Below are positions 24,662 to 36,596 of a stretch of 62,240 nt of DNA, piece after piece. The notes beneath the pieces are model-generated. The model was not told the origin of the DNA, did not search any database, and saw only the letters and a list, made by a program, of their open reading frames with translations. Origin of the DNA: Eremomyces bilateralis CBS 781.70 (lineage: Eukaryota); NCBI GenBank assembly GCA_010015585.1, contig ML975177.1. The stretch is one strand, 5' to 3'. The position numbers and the translations under genes were made by a program. The number at the start of each line of letters is the position of its first letter. Positions within the stretch are counted from its first letter, which is position 1.

Positions 24662-27600
24662 TGTGAACTGCGCGGGTGGAAATGTTGGGTTAGTTACATG
24701 CCAGATCTCATGATAAATTTGCATAAATCCACCGCGGTCGCACTTACTGGACACCACTTTCAAAGAAAGCTATATGTCTGCGCTCAACGAGGATGTCGTA
24801 TTCACCGCGACATGGAAGCGTCCAATGCCAGGATGAATGTCCGGTTGTCGACTTTGGTAGTTATGAGGTTCCAGTACCAAAGGGAGAGTTCCAGCGCCGA
24901 GGACACTGCCGCAATCACTCCCGCCCCAAAGGTGCAATGAACCAGGCCTCTGGGAAGATGGTAGGATGGAAGATGAGATCAAACGATAGTGTTTCACACT
25001 TGATGGAGATTCCACGCGCGACACCGTATGCACCAGGGGTAGTCGGACAGTATGATTGTTGATGACGAGCGGACACCTGCAGGAAGTTGAGTGGTGGAAA
25101 GGGGCCAACGAATGAATCGAGCCGTGAAACAATAGGGCAGCGAGTGGATGAAGAGGTGAATGGGCAAACGATGAAAACACCAGAGTTCGAGCGAGAGTGG
25201 GATCGTTGCCAAGGGAGCCGTGAGGACGTTACAAGTAGGAAGTTGGGGTTGGAGATGGATGGTGGATGGTTGCTGGCAACCAGCAGAGGACGACAATTTA
25301 CACGAGGAGAGGAGGTCGTGGACTCAGTTGACTTGAGGACCACAAACAAAGCGGGAGAAAATAGAAAGCCACAGAGCGCACGCCGACTACAGAGAGGGAC
25401 TCAGGGACAGGGAGGTGGTTCGTCAAAACTCTGGGTGGGCGATCCGTGCAGAACTGCTGCGAGTGCAGAGAGCACACTTGGGGTTTTACTCCATCGTCCA
25501 TCGTCCACGGTCCAAGTTAGCAACTATCGGGGGGGCGATCTCCCAAAATATCTCCAAAAAAGACTTTATCCCTAATCCAGGGGTGAATTAACACGCCATT
25601 GTTCATTATTACGGCATAGGTTGCCTGGGGGAGAATTAAGTAACCGAGTACTATACAGGCCAGGAATGGACATTACCATACCGGTGTGTAGGTAAATACC
25701 CGAAGCTCCTGGAGGGATAGTCCCAAAGGCCACCGTCCGGATTTAGTACAGAGAATACGGGGCAATGCCTCTGCTAAATCCAGGTACTGGGAATATTAAT
25801 CAATAAATACGAAAAAGACCTGGCCACCCTTGCTGTAGTCTCCCTGCCGATGTCTAGATCACTGTAGCGCTTGTTCCCGCTGCGTTGCCGAAGGAACCAC
25901 CCGATCCCAACTTTTTTCTCAGCGGACTCTTCGCCAATGTTCCAGCAGAGCCGCAAATGCGAGAACCTACCCAGCCAGGAACAAGACAGAAGTGGTAATT
26001 AGATATTAATACCAGTGTGGAGCCTGGACCTTTGCCACAGGCCGCGAGTCCGATGGAGATCATCAAATACTGCACGGCATCCTTTCGCTGGCATCGCGAC
26101 CGTCGAACATGCCATATTGCTGTGCCTTGTTCCACCGTTCACGAAATCCCCGGCGTGTGTGGGCACCCAAAGTTAATGGTACACGCTCGTCGCTCTCTAG
26201 ACTATTAACCAATCTGTCCTTCCCACTCGAACCTTTGGTTGAGGACAGTGGATAGCTGACAGACGAACCGTCAGATGCCGACACCACCGTCGAAACCACG
26301 AATTCTGCGCTGACTGCGCCTCCTCGGACTGCATTTGCGGCCCAATCGCGCACAACCAGGAGGATCAGAGGATGGGCATACGTAAACCGGTACACAGCAG
26401 TACGGATTACGGCACATAGAATTCCAGAAAGTATACATGGAGTGGCAATAAGTCCGGGAGACGGGAACTGATCCTGGCGCCAAATATATCCCCAATGGCT
26501 CTCCTCTTCCGGTCAATCCTCAGACCCCAGTACAGGTATGGTAAGCCTCGTTGGCATTTGTAGACGGTTCTTCTGGAATTTTTCCGAATCCGTTCATCAG
26601 TTGGGCAGTCGGAATGCCTAAGTAAGCGTTATCCATTATTTTCGTCATCGGATTTGTGCACCGTGCCCGCAGCTTGATCATAGGTAAGACAGGATGACAG
26701 GACTCCATATCTGATATCGGAGTCAATAGTTACACCTCCCCGACTGAGGAGCGAAGTGAATCCGCAGTCAGCAAGTCTTTGGTTCGGTTGAGTACAGCGC
26801 CTTGTGCGTCGGCGCCACCTTCACTGCTCTCTTAATCCTTGTCAGCTCCTCCGCCGAGTGTACGTATTCCGTTCATAGTTCATACATTCCTCAGCTCTGC
26901 TTATCCTAATACGCAAATTGCGAGGCCACCCAGAAAATCCCAGGGCCATTTGTCGTGGAACTCGAGACTCGAGGTTTGATGCCGATCTGCCTTGTTCGTA
27001 AAGTAGTAAATGATGGTAGGCTGCATATGCATTTCCAATTTATATTCCTGTATCCAGCTAAATATGGCGATCGAAACTTGGCTTGACTAGCCGACTTCGA
27101 GGGAGGCCCGATATTTCAGACTGCTCTCCTGCTGGCTTCGACATAATTGATAATGCCGGCATAGACCTGACGTAATACCACCGGACGATCAAACCACGGG
27201 TCGACGGTAAAATACCCGATTCATCACAAAGGTAACGTCCCGATCGGTTTCAAGACTCGTTTGCTCCACCACTTGTGGGCGATCGCAAGCCCAAAGTTAC
27301 CACTTCTGGTACCCCGATGCTTGGCGAGCCCCTGAGATTTCAGACAGCGATTCGATTCAATAACTCGGTGGTCACTGGCCAGGGCTCGGCGGCTCCATCC
27401 AGATTCGAAACGTCGGACGAGGCGACAGTTCAGGGCCCAGGGGGAGGAAGAATTACGATTATTATTAAATATATTACGGAAGGGATCCCTCTGTATGAAG
27501 GTAGTTCTGCGCTTCTGGAGTTCTGGAGATCTACTCAACCGCTCCGCCAAAGCGACCCATAGCCCCATTGAATATTCCGTCGTGAATCGAGTGATGGTCT

Positions 27601-28703
27601 CGGAATGCCCAGCTTCGCTGGGAGATTTGCATCGACAGCATGATGTGATGTGATCAACTGATCAGCGACAGCCGACAATGCCTTGGAATGCGGAGTTGCG
27701 AGACCATGTCGTGCTCAGTTAGGACTCAGTTATCCAAAGAATCGGAGTATTAAAGGTACCCAGGATTCAGGAGGCATTATTAATAAATGTTGAGCATTTA
27801 CCCCTTTTCAGGACTTCGGCGGGAATTCAACAAAGGCGAGTCTTTCGCCTTCGAGGTGTACCTGACTTGAATCTGTCCGTATGCTGAATGGGTTCGCGGT
27901 CCGATAGATGGCCGGGAAGTGAGCGCCACATGCACACACCCTTTTAAGGAACTCCTGTTAGTACTAATTACTACCAAGAGGTGAAGATGAATACAGAAGG
28001 AAAATTGAACCAAGTCTCGAATCTGTCAATGGCTTCCGGTCGTCCAGCTACCAGGGTGCTTCGCATGAACTCGCTATTAGCCGGCTTCACAAGAACAATA
28101 CTAACCTGCCGATACCATGCACTACATGCAGCAGTTCCGGTGAGCCCTTTTAATAATCCCACTCTCTAATGTTCCTTCAGAGTATAATGATGTGATGACC
28201 TACCAGTATTGTCGCATTGACGTGCTCTCTTAACCAGTACGGCTGTATGGTGCGAGAGGAGGGGGGCAAAAACCGGGGAGGGGTAGCCTCTAGTGCACCG
28301 AGGAGCAAGCGAGGGCCTACTGTAGCTAGGGACTTAGGGAGTAGGGCTGGTCCGGGGTGCCCCGTATAGGCGGTCTACGACGGCCTGGACGACCTGCGCC
28401 CTGCCTGAGCAGCGAGCACCCCCAAGGCCCCAACTGAACCAATCCAGCAAATTCTCTCCACCTTGTCCCGCTCCGCTACGTTTTATTACTCCGCGGCTTG
28501 CGCTCACAATAACGGAATGATACAGGTTACAAATTAGCAGACCTTCCAGTTCCACCATCGTGAACAATACCTCCCGGTCATTAATAATACCTGTGCCTCC
28601 CGTACCAACCACGGAATCACGCGCAAAATACCCACCACTGTAAGGCGCCTTCCTCTCCTTGGACACCACTGCAGTTCCTCTGAATCTCTCTGCCTCCCCC
28701 CTC

Positions 28704-28748
28704 CACTTCACTCCAGCACTTCACTCCAGCACTTCACTCCAGCACTTC
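28704..28748 (+). repeat. 13-bp tandem repeat (CACTTCACTCCAG) x ~3.5
   Basis: Read directly from the sequence, ~500 bp upstream of the Sel1-repeat gene. Confidence 0.9.
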
Positions 28749-29242
28749 CAATATCTCTGCCTATCCTATATCGATACATTATCTCATAACCTGCTGAATC
28801 TATACGGTATGTAAGGATGCTCCCGTGCCCATTATCAATGTTGTTGCCTGGTCTACTCATCCAACTGCTTCGTACTGTGCTTAATATCAATGATCTGCAT
28901 GTCCGGCTGACTTTACCGCGACAAAGATCCTTGACCTTGCATTGAAACTGCAAACTGTGCCTTGGATGTTCCATCCCTTTACAACTTTACACAGATTCGA
29001 GAGCGGAGAGGAACGGCCGCCGCAATTGTTCGAATTCGAGTCCAGCCCTGCTGTCGGATCGATCCCGTTGGTTTTGACGGCCCACCACGAAGGACTGCCT
29101 CACCGTTCCATCCACTATCAAAGCGCGCCCCTTTGCCTCTAATATACTCGTTCGCTAGCCGGATGTTGGTGTAACCCAGCGCGAAACCCCTTCACGGACA
29201 CGCACAGACGGCGGGTCATACCGTCGACGCAATTCTGCCATC

Positions 29243-31476
29243 ATGGACGGCGTGCAAACCATGGCACCCGCCACGGATAAACCCTCGTCACCGAACGGGC
29301 GGCCGCAATCATGGCGATCGGATGGCTCAAGGGGGTCGTCAAGCGAACATGCCGCTGGACTCCTCCCTAGGCGCGTCCCTTCGAGGAAACCGGTCCCTCC
29401 TCCAAAAGACCCCGAGTTTCCCTCTCCGACGTCGAATTCGGTCGAACGTCCCCCTCGATATGCGAGCCTCCCCCAGTATAACGATCCCGTCGCTTCCTCG
29501 GTCGAGCGGCCGCCAATTCCCACGGCGGCCGCTCCGGTAATACCGACGCTGGACCCTCCACATGAGGAGCAAACCTTTGTACACTCGAGAGGCGATTCTA
29601 CGTTAGAAGCAGCTTCGGGAGGGGAATCGGGGCGCACAACCCCCGTGACGCAGAACTTGGCGATTGGAAAAGGCGTGGTCCGACACGTTCCAAATAACGT
29701 GGTTGCTGCTCAACAGGCCGTGCTCTCAGTAGAAGTCCGTCCGAACTCGTTCGCGGAGCCTGCGTTCGGGGAACCTTCGTTCGCGGAGCCTTCGTTCCCT
29801 GAACCTTCGTTCGCCTTGAACGGCGATATTCGCGATGTTCACGAGGGACAACTTGAGGATGACATGGAACGCCTACGGCTCGAACAACGGTCCGAATCGT
29901 ATCCGCAGCTACAATACCATCACCATGCTCTTGACGGTCCGCCAAACCGAGCCGATCCGTATACCATGCAATCCACACGGTCTGCATCGCCTGCCTCCAC
30001 CTCAAACAGCGGCGGTCGGTCCTCTTTCACGGAGTTACAAGTTCCGCGAACAACCCTCGCTCGCCCTAACTCCGCCCATACACTTGGTGCGGATCTCGAT
30101 CCTCGAGGTCGCAAACACTCTTCTCATCTGTCCGTTGGCGGGTCTCCATCGCCACGAGGTTTCGCTCGAAACGCCTCGGCCACACGCCTCTCAACCGATG
30201 CTCGACCGGTTTCGTATATCGATCAGCTCAGCTACATGCCACCGGCTCCGAATCTAGACAACTCGTTCCTAAGAGCGGCTGTCGGATCCAATGCGTCGCT
30301 CCTCGACTCCAAACGGACCCTCGAGATGTACCGCGCGAATGTCAAGAAGACCAACGATCCGAAGGTCCAGCATGAATTCGCCAAGATGCTGGTGCAGATG
30401 GCAAAAGACCAGCTTCGACATATCCCGCCGACGGATGCCGAACGTCGTGCTAGACAAGACCTGTTGAAGGAAGCCAAGGAGATCCTGACTCGGGCTGCCA
30501 GTCGAGGACACGATGAATCGCAATACTACCTCGGGGATGGATTTTTTACTGGTCTCTTCAACAAGGACAAAGAGGATTGGACCAAGGCGTACGAGCTCTT
30601 CCAGTCGGCTACAAAACAGGGCCACAAGGAAGCCGCCTTTCGCGCGGCGCTTTGCACTGAGTTCGGATGGGGCACGTCGATCGACTATGCCAAGGCTCGC
30701 GAGTTCTTCCGGGCATCTGCCTCATGGGGCCATCCTGGCGCCGCCACCCGCTTCGGCAAGGCCTGCATTACGGGCGATCTCGGTCTGATCGGGCGGCAGT
30801 TCCAGCGCGAAGGGATTCGGTGGCTCGGTATCGCCGCGCGGAAGGCAGACGAGCAGTACAACGCCGGACCGTATGAGCTCGGCCTGCTCCACGAGGTCGG
30901 GTACGGAGACGCGTTCTACGACGAGGAGTACGCCGCACAACTCTACACGGAGTCGGCGAAGTTCGGGCACCCGGAGGCGAACCTTCGCATGGGGAGGGCG
31001 TATGAGCTGGGCCAACTCAATTGCCCGAAGGACGCGGCGTTGAGTATCCATTACTACAACGGCGCGGCGCAAGCCGGCAACGCGGAGGGTATGATGGGGC
31101 TGGTTGCTTGGTATCTGGTTGGCGCTCCGCCGACGCTAGAGGCGAACGACATGGAGGCGTACGAGTGGGCCAAGAGGGCTGCGGAGCGAGGTGAGTGCTG
31201 GGTTCCGACCCCATCGGTCGGAGATCCCGGGTTGTTGACATGCGCGTAGGATTCGCCAAAGCGCAGTACCTCGTCGGCTACTTCCTTGAACGCGGCATCG
31301 GGTGCCGCAGCGACCCCCTCGAAGCCAACGTGTGGTACGTCAAGGCGGCAGACCAGGGTCAGGAGCAGGCCATTGAGCGGCTGAAGTTGATTCGCGAGGC
31401 GGCGGCCGGCGGCGCCCACGGGCTGCCGGAGACGGAGAAAAAGAAGGGTTTGTTGAGGAAATTGGGGATCAATTGA
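29243..31476 (+). CDS. SKT5: Chitin synthase activator (Skt5/Chs4-like Sel1-repeat protein; intron 31191-31249)
   Basis: TLEMYRANVKKTNDP motif followed by several Sel1-like repeats (SQYYLGD, AAFRAALCTEFGWG, RMGRAYELGQLNCPKD, AQYLVGYFLERGIG). Divergent from the class IV chitin synthase. Confidence 0.9.
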
Positions 31477-33225
31477 GCCGAAAGAGAGGGAATCTTTGTG
31501 ATGTGATGTATCATGCTAACGGTTGGATGCGAGATAGGTTTGGGAGAGTACCTGCGTTCCTTCAGTGCCGAGGACGCAGACAAAAGGGGCGCGGCGAGCG
31601 GCGGCGATTGGAGCGATGCAATTTTCCTTGGATCGCATGACGGGTGCTAATGGTTGTTTGAAATAGCTGGAGAGTTGAAGGTTTTTATGATCTGCGTCGC
31701 ATTAGGGTTGGAGTACAACGGGCATATCGAGACGAGGTCGTGTCTCTCACCGGCCAGCGTTTTGCGGTTTGAGCACTTCGGCTGCTACAGGGGCGGTTGC
31801 TACGCTTTGGTTCTTTCTCTTTCTAGCACATCCGTTGGCAATATAATGAGTTTTAGAGTTGCGAGGGTGCGAGAGTTGGGAATCTCACGTCGCCATCAAA
31901 ATCGAGTCCTTGTTGAAGCCCCTGCTGCGTTGTCGTCTGTTCTCCGTTTATTCGTCAACGTTGCTCAGCAAATGGTACATCGCAACTTCGGCCAACACGG
32001 CATGTTCATGCATACTTATAAGGAGAGTCTGTTCCTGGTCTTCGCGTGATTTCATTGCTAGGCGGTCAAGGCACCATGGACTTCCACATCCCCACAGCTC
32101 CGTCCCCGTTTCCATCCCGTAACCGTACACTGATTTGTCCACCTTGCCGTCCACCTGTTGCATCTTCATTTTGCTCCCAATCACCTTCGGGATTTTTCCA
32201 GTCCACCATCACGCTTTGCAGACCCCTTCGGGTACTCCAAATCCCTTTTCCCCGCATCAGCCGTGGCACAAACGGCATCGACTAACCGGCCCGGCCTCGT
32301 CTTTTTGATGAACGCGGCCACCATGTGCAGGCCATTCGTGATTCTGCCCACCCCTTCGATGTTAGTAATCAGACATTCTTCGCGCAGTCAGGGAGAGCAT
32401 AGAATGTATAGGTATTCTCACCACTTGTCCAGATATCTTCGTCCTCCGCCCAGCGAGTCTCAACCCAGTTTGCGTCCGGGTGCACTCCTCAACTCTAGCA
32501 GCATGCCCCCTTGGTCGCGTCACAGCCCCACCGGCCACGATACCATTATGCGCCGCAACAAGACGCCAGGGCATACAGTCGTGCCTTGAGCCTTCGTACG
32601 GCCCTGCACGAACTTCTTGACGGCATCAGTCGGCACGTCTCTGGGTCCGGCCCAGGAACCGGGGGGATATCCAGCTTTCCCGGTCCGCATTCTTCTGAGG
32701 TGAGGCGAGGCGTGACGCCAAGTGCTGCACCGGCGGCCAATTCGCTCGGCCCGTAGGACTCGAAGATGTACAGGAACTGCACGGTAGGCCTACGATCGAT
32801 GATCAGCTGGGGAGGCTGACGATGATGAGATAACGAAGCAAGCCGAAGAGCTATAGGGGAAAGCGTCGAGGGATTGAGCGGTCCCGGAGCGCAGGACGCC
32901 GACGCGAAGCGAGCTTCCCGTTTTTGCCATTATCAACGCTCTTGGTTGAATTGAATTGAATTGATAATGGTGGCTTGATTTACGATTTCTGCTATTCGAT
33001 AGCCAATGTTCGTCATTCAATATGTCCCTTTTATAGGCAAGAGAAATTATCAGAGGTCCCAATTCTTCGGCCTGCGAATCCATCAGCATCTCTATTATTA
33101 ATAATTTGGGTTGAAGCTTAGCATTCTCCGTTGCGGTATTATATTCATCACAATCTACCGGTATGCATATTCCGGTCTATTTCATTCTATTGGAAGACGA
33201 TATAATGTGCTCGTCATTCAGCTCA

Positions 33226-34303
33226 CTACGAATTGAGTTTTCCAGCACGCTTTTCTACGGCCTCCCGTAAGACATTAATTACCCCTGCCATGTCATCCGT
33301 TCCGAAGATCGCACTTCCAGCGACGATGACATTGGCACCCGCGTCGGCCGCTTGATCGATCGTCGTCGGACCCAGTCCGCCATCGACTTCAATCCACAGA
33401 TCCGGATACTTTTCTCGCAGCGCCGTCACCTTGGGCAATTGCTCCGCCATAAACTTCTGTCCGCCGAAACCGGGTTCTACGGTCATGACGAGGACCATCT
33501 TGTGCGATATTAGCATTTCGACATGAAGAAGGGGGCTGTAATGCACTAGTTAGGACGAGATGACACTCACGTCTGGTCTGTCGCTCGGATCTTCGGCCTG
33601 GAGAATTTCCCAAAGGACGTCAACGCTTGTCCCGGGCTTTATAGCAATTCCAGCCAGCATTCCTTCACCGTGAATTGTGCGGATCATGTCCAGCGGGTTT
33701 GTCTTCTCATTGCTGTCCCCGTGTGGGGTGGTTGCAGCCGTGCTGCCAACTGCGGCTTCGTAGTGGAAGCAATATAGATCACAGCCGGACTGGCGAAAGG
33801 TTGATATCCAGCGTTTAGGCTAATATGGTGTTAACCATGCATCGAACAAAACACGTGGGACGAGAACTGGACTGAGGAATAACTATGTGACTTTGACCGT
33901 TATGGGCTGAAAGGAACGAGCGACTCTGAAACGACTTTCCACTGGGGTGTGGTATCCACCAATTTGAGAGGCCGTGATGTGAACACGCCTATCCCCATGG
34001 CTTGTATGCTGACGTAGAATGGATTCGAAGTCCAGGCGAACTCACCTCAGCGATCATCATATGGCAATCAAAGACGCCACGCCCCTTCCGATCACTCGTC
34101 TTCGGCTTCTCCTCGCACTCCACGCTCTTACGGATCGCGGCGACGACCGGTGGCCCAAATGTGATATTGGGGACGAAGTGGCCATCCATGATATCAACGT
34201 GCAGCCAGTCAGCGCCGGCGGCTATGACACGCTGGCAATCATGGCCGAGTTTGGAGAAGTCGGCGGAGAGGATGGACGGTGCGATGATGGCGGGCGGCGC
34301 CAT
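33226..34303 (-). CDS. RPE1: Ribulose-phosphate 3-epimerase (introns 33820-34045, 33499-33570)
   Basis: [65 protein letters not shown]. Confidence 0.97.
33883..34000 (-). ncRNA. Possible intronic box H/ACA RNA in RPE1 intron 1
   Basis: Unusually long (226-nt) intron. On the minus strand: hairpin (AGGCGTG/CACGGCCT), ATACCA (ANANNA), a second weaker hairpin (GTCGTT/AACGGT), then ACA-TAG. No target identified. Confidence 0.3.
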
Positions 34304-36596
34304 GGTCAGGAGATGGCTTGGGGTGAGAATATCTCCAGGGTATTAACAATGCCTCATATACCTTGTGTAAGGCTGTAAGCACGAGAGAAGACGAGACCTG
34401 CGAAGGCGTTCTTGGTGCACCTCACAACCCAGGACTCGTTGCGGTGATGGAGGTTGAGAGTGGTTCGACGCTTGTCCGAATTCGGTGCTGGTGATCCCAA
34501 TTAACAAAGTACAAGGCAATTGAGCGCTAATATCTGGCCGATTATCGTTTTCTGGACGTATTACGGTACCTGTAGATACTAGATATGAGGTGTGATAGTC
34601 CAACACGTCCTGCACATCTCACGGACCGCGGACATTGTGGAAGTTCGTCCAAGTGGCCACAATATCGACCGGCTAATGGAGCTACGTCATTGGCGAGTCG
34701 TACCACAGTACCACTGCCCTGCTCATGCACCAGCCACACTTAGTCAACACCGTGCCACAGTTGGAGCGCTCCCTCTCGAACCGGAAAGGAAGGCAGCAGC
34801 AGAGCCCTCACAAGTCACACAAGTCACAACTCACAATGGAACACGCTCCTCCCAACTCTCACTCACTTGTTATTACAATTTATAGTGCCTTCTTAGACTC
34901 TCTTAGACTCGCACACTTCTCGCAATTCTCGTCTCTACTAGCGCTCCTTACAGAACGTAGTGTTCTACCCGGGGGCAAAGAAAACCCGATTTCTAGCCGC
35001 CAAAGAAGACGAGAAGAAGACACTGCTGTACACCATGGGGTACTTGTCTCAGATACAATGAGCGCTGTTGTAGGCGCATACAGGGCAAGATCACCTTTAT
35101 TGACGTTACCGGCATCCGCAGGGAAGGTGGCACAGGTTGTACGCGCCCAATATCAATTCGGACTCAATCCGGTCCCACCAGCTAGGCATTTCCCATCCGG
35201 TAGACCCACAATCAGTCCGAGTCCATGTTGATTGTATTGCGATTCGGATTGGCGATCTCCTGTCAGAAACGTCATCGTCGGTCAAAGTCGACCTCGCATC
35301 GCCAGTCTTGAGCGTCCTGTCGGGCCCATGTGGGAGGGCGCTGGAACAATGGAACATACGTCAAACAGGGAACCAGGCTATTATAAGCCCTATGCGAACT
35401 CGCAAACGATCGAGAAACATTCATCACGTCACCTCATTGCTCCTTGAAGAGGAATTGGTGGTTTTTATGGTCGCATTCGAGGCTCAAACACGAGCAGTTG
35501 GACGATGCGCGTCGACGTAGTGGAAGGGGTCCTCTAGATGGTTCAAACCGAAGATCCAGATTCCAATAGTGAGCCTCAACCTTCAACTTCGAGGACGCAT
35601 GAATACCCGGGAATAATACTGGGATTCTCGTGCAGCCAACATCTTGGAGTTGCGCATTCGAGTAATGAGGTTGGTAAGGAAAAGTTTGTTGTTGGTTTAT
35701 TGGCTGGTCTCCAACAGCGTTAAGCGCTTGGGTCAGCGGCTACTTGCTGGAGCTGCTGGGCTCGATCCAATCGCTTTCAACCTCCCTCCTCCGTTTCCCG
35801 CATTTCCAACCTCCTTGAGTCCTTGCTATCCAATCCTTTCTTGTTCTCTTACATTTCCTTTCCAAACTTCTAATATGGCGCAATGTGTGCCCTGCCGTTG
35901 GAGTATGTTGCTCCCACATAGCCAATCGTATCGCTGTCCCATGAGAACCCCACACTTCCATTCCTCGTGATGGATGCTGTGCACCCAGATCAACCACAGA
36001 GGTCCATTATGGTCTTTCGCCCTGTACACAGGTCCCCAGTTCGGGCCAACTCGACTTGCTCCTTCTGCAAACCTATTCGTTGGCCCTCTTCGCGACCAGC
36101 GTCTACTCGATGCAGTTGAGGATCTCTGCCTGAGTCGGGGCCGACGCGCTGTGCCCTGCTAGTCAACTCAGCCTGGTTCGATTCGATATGCTCCCGGTGG
36201 CGCATTGAGGCGATGGTGAATCTTCGTGGGCGCCTATAGTTGCTTCTCGCCAGATTGTGGCCATGGCCGGCAGTTTGGCCGGTTATATGCTGCCTGTGCC
36301 CCAATCCGCAAGGCGAGAGTTGTAGGTTTTCCATTTCTGGTCCGTTACTGGGAGGCGTATTCGTCCCTTACTATTTCCTGCCCTTTCGTTTTGCTCAGGC
36401 TTCGTTGATCGAAAGTCCGTTCTACATTCACTTAGACCAAAAAGTCTTACAATCCGTTGATCGGTATTTGCACACATATTGTAATCATTGTTTATTGAAA
36501 CCACGCATTGACTGCGAACATTCCCATTATTTATACGCCCTCAGGAGGGTATGTTTTATATACCCTGAAAGAGTGACGCTTTGGATATCCATCGGT

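Noticed and set aside
24662..24763. In-frame upstream extension of the chitin synthase ORF
   Set aside because: Starts at TTG and is not protein-like. An in-frame ATG (MQIYHE) exists, but MATPHHH has the better context.
25600..28600. Short ORFs and G-rich/AGGGG patches between the chitin synthase and the activator
   Set aside because: No coherent exon chain; such short motifs are expected by chance.
32050..33090. GC-rich patch with splice-like signals between the activator and RPE1
   Set aside because: No consistent spliced ORF or recognisable domain could be built.
36240..36596. 119-codon in-frame extension before the methyltransferase-like ATG
   Set aside because: Starts at TTG, contains no ATG, and its composition looks like 5' UTR.
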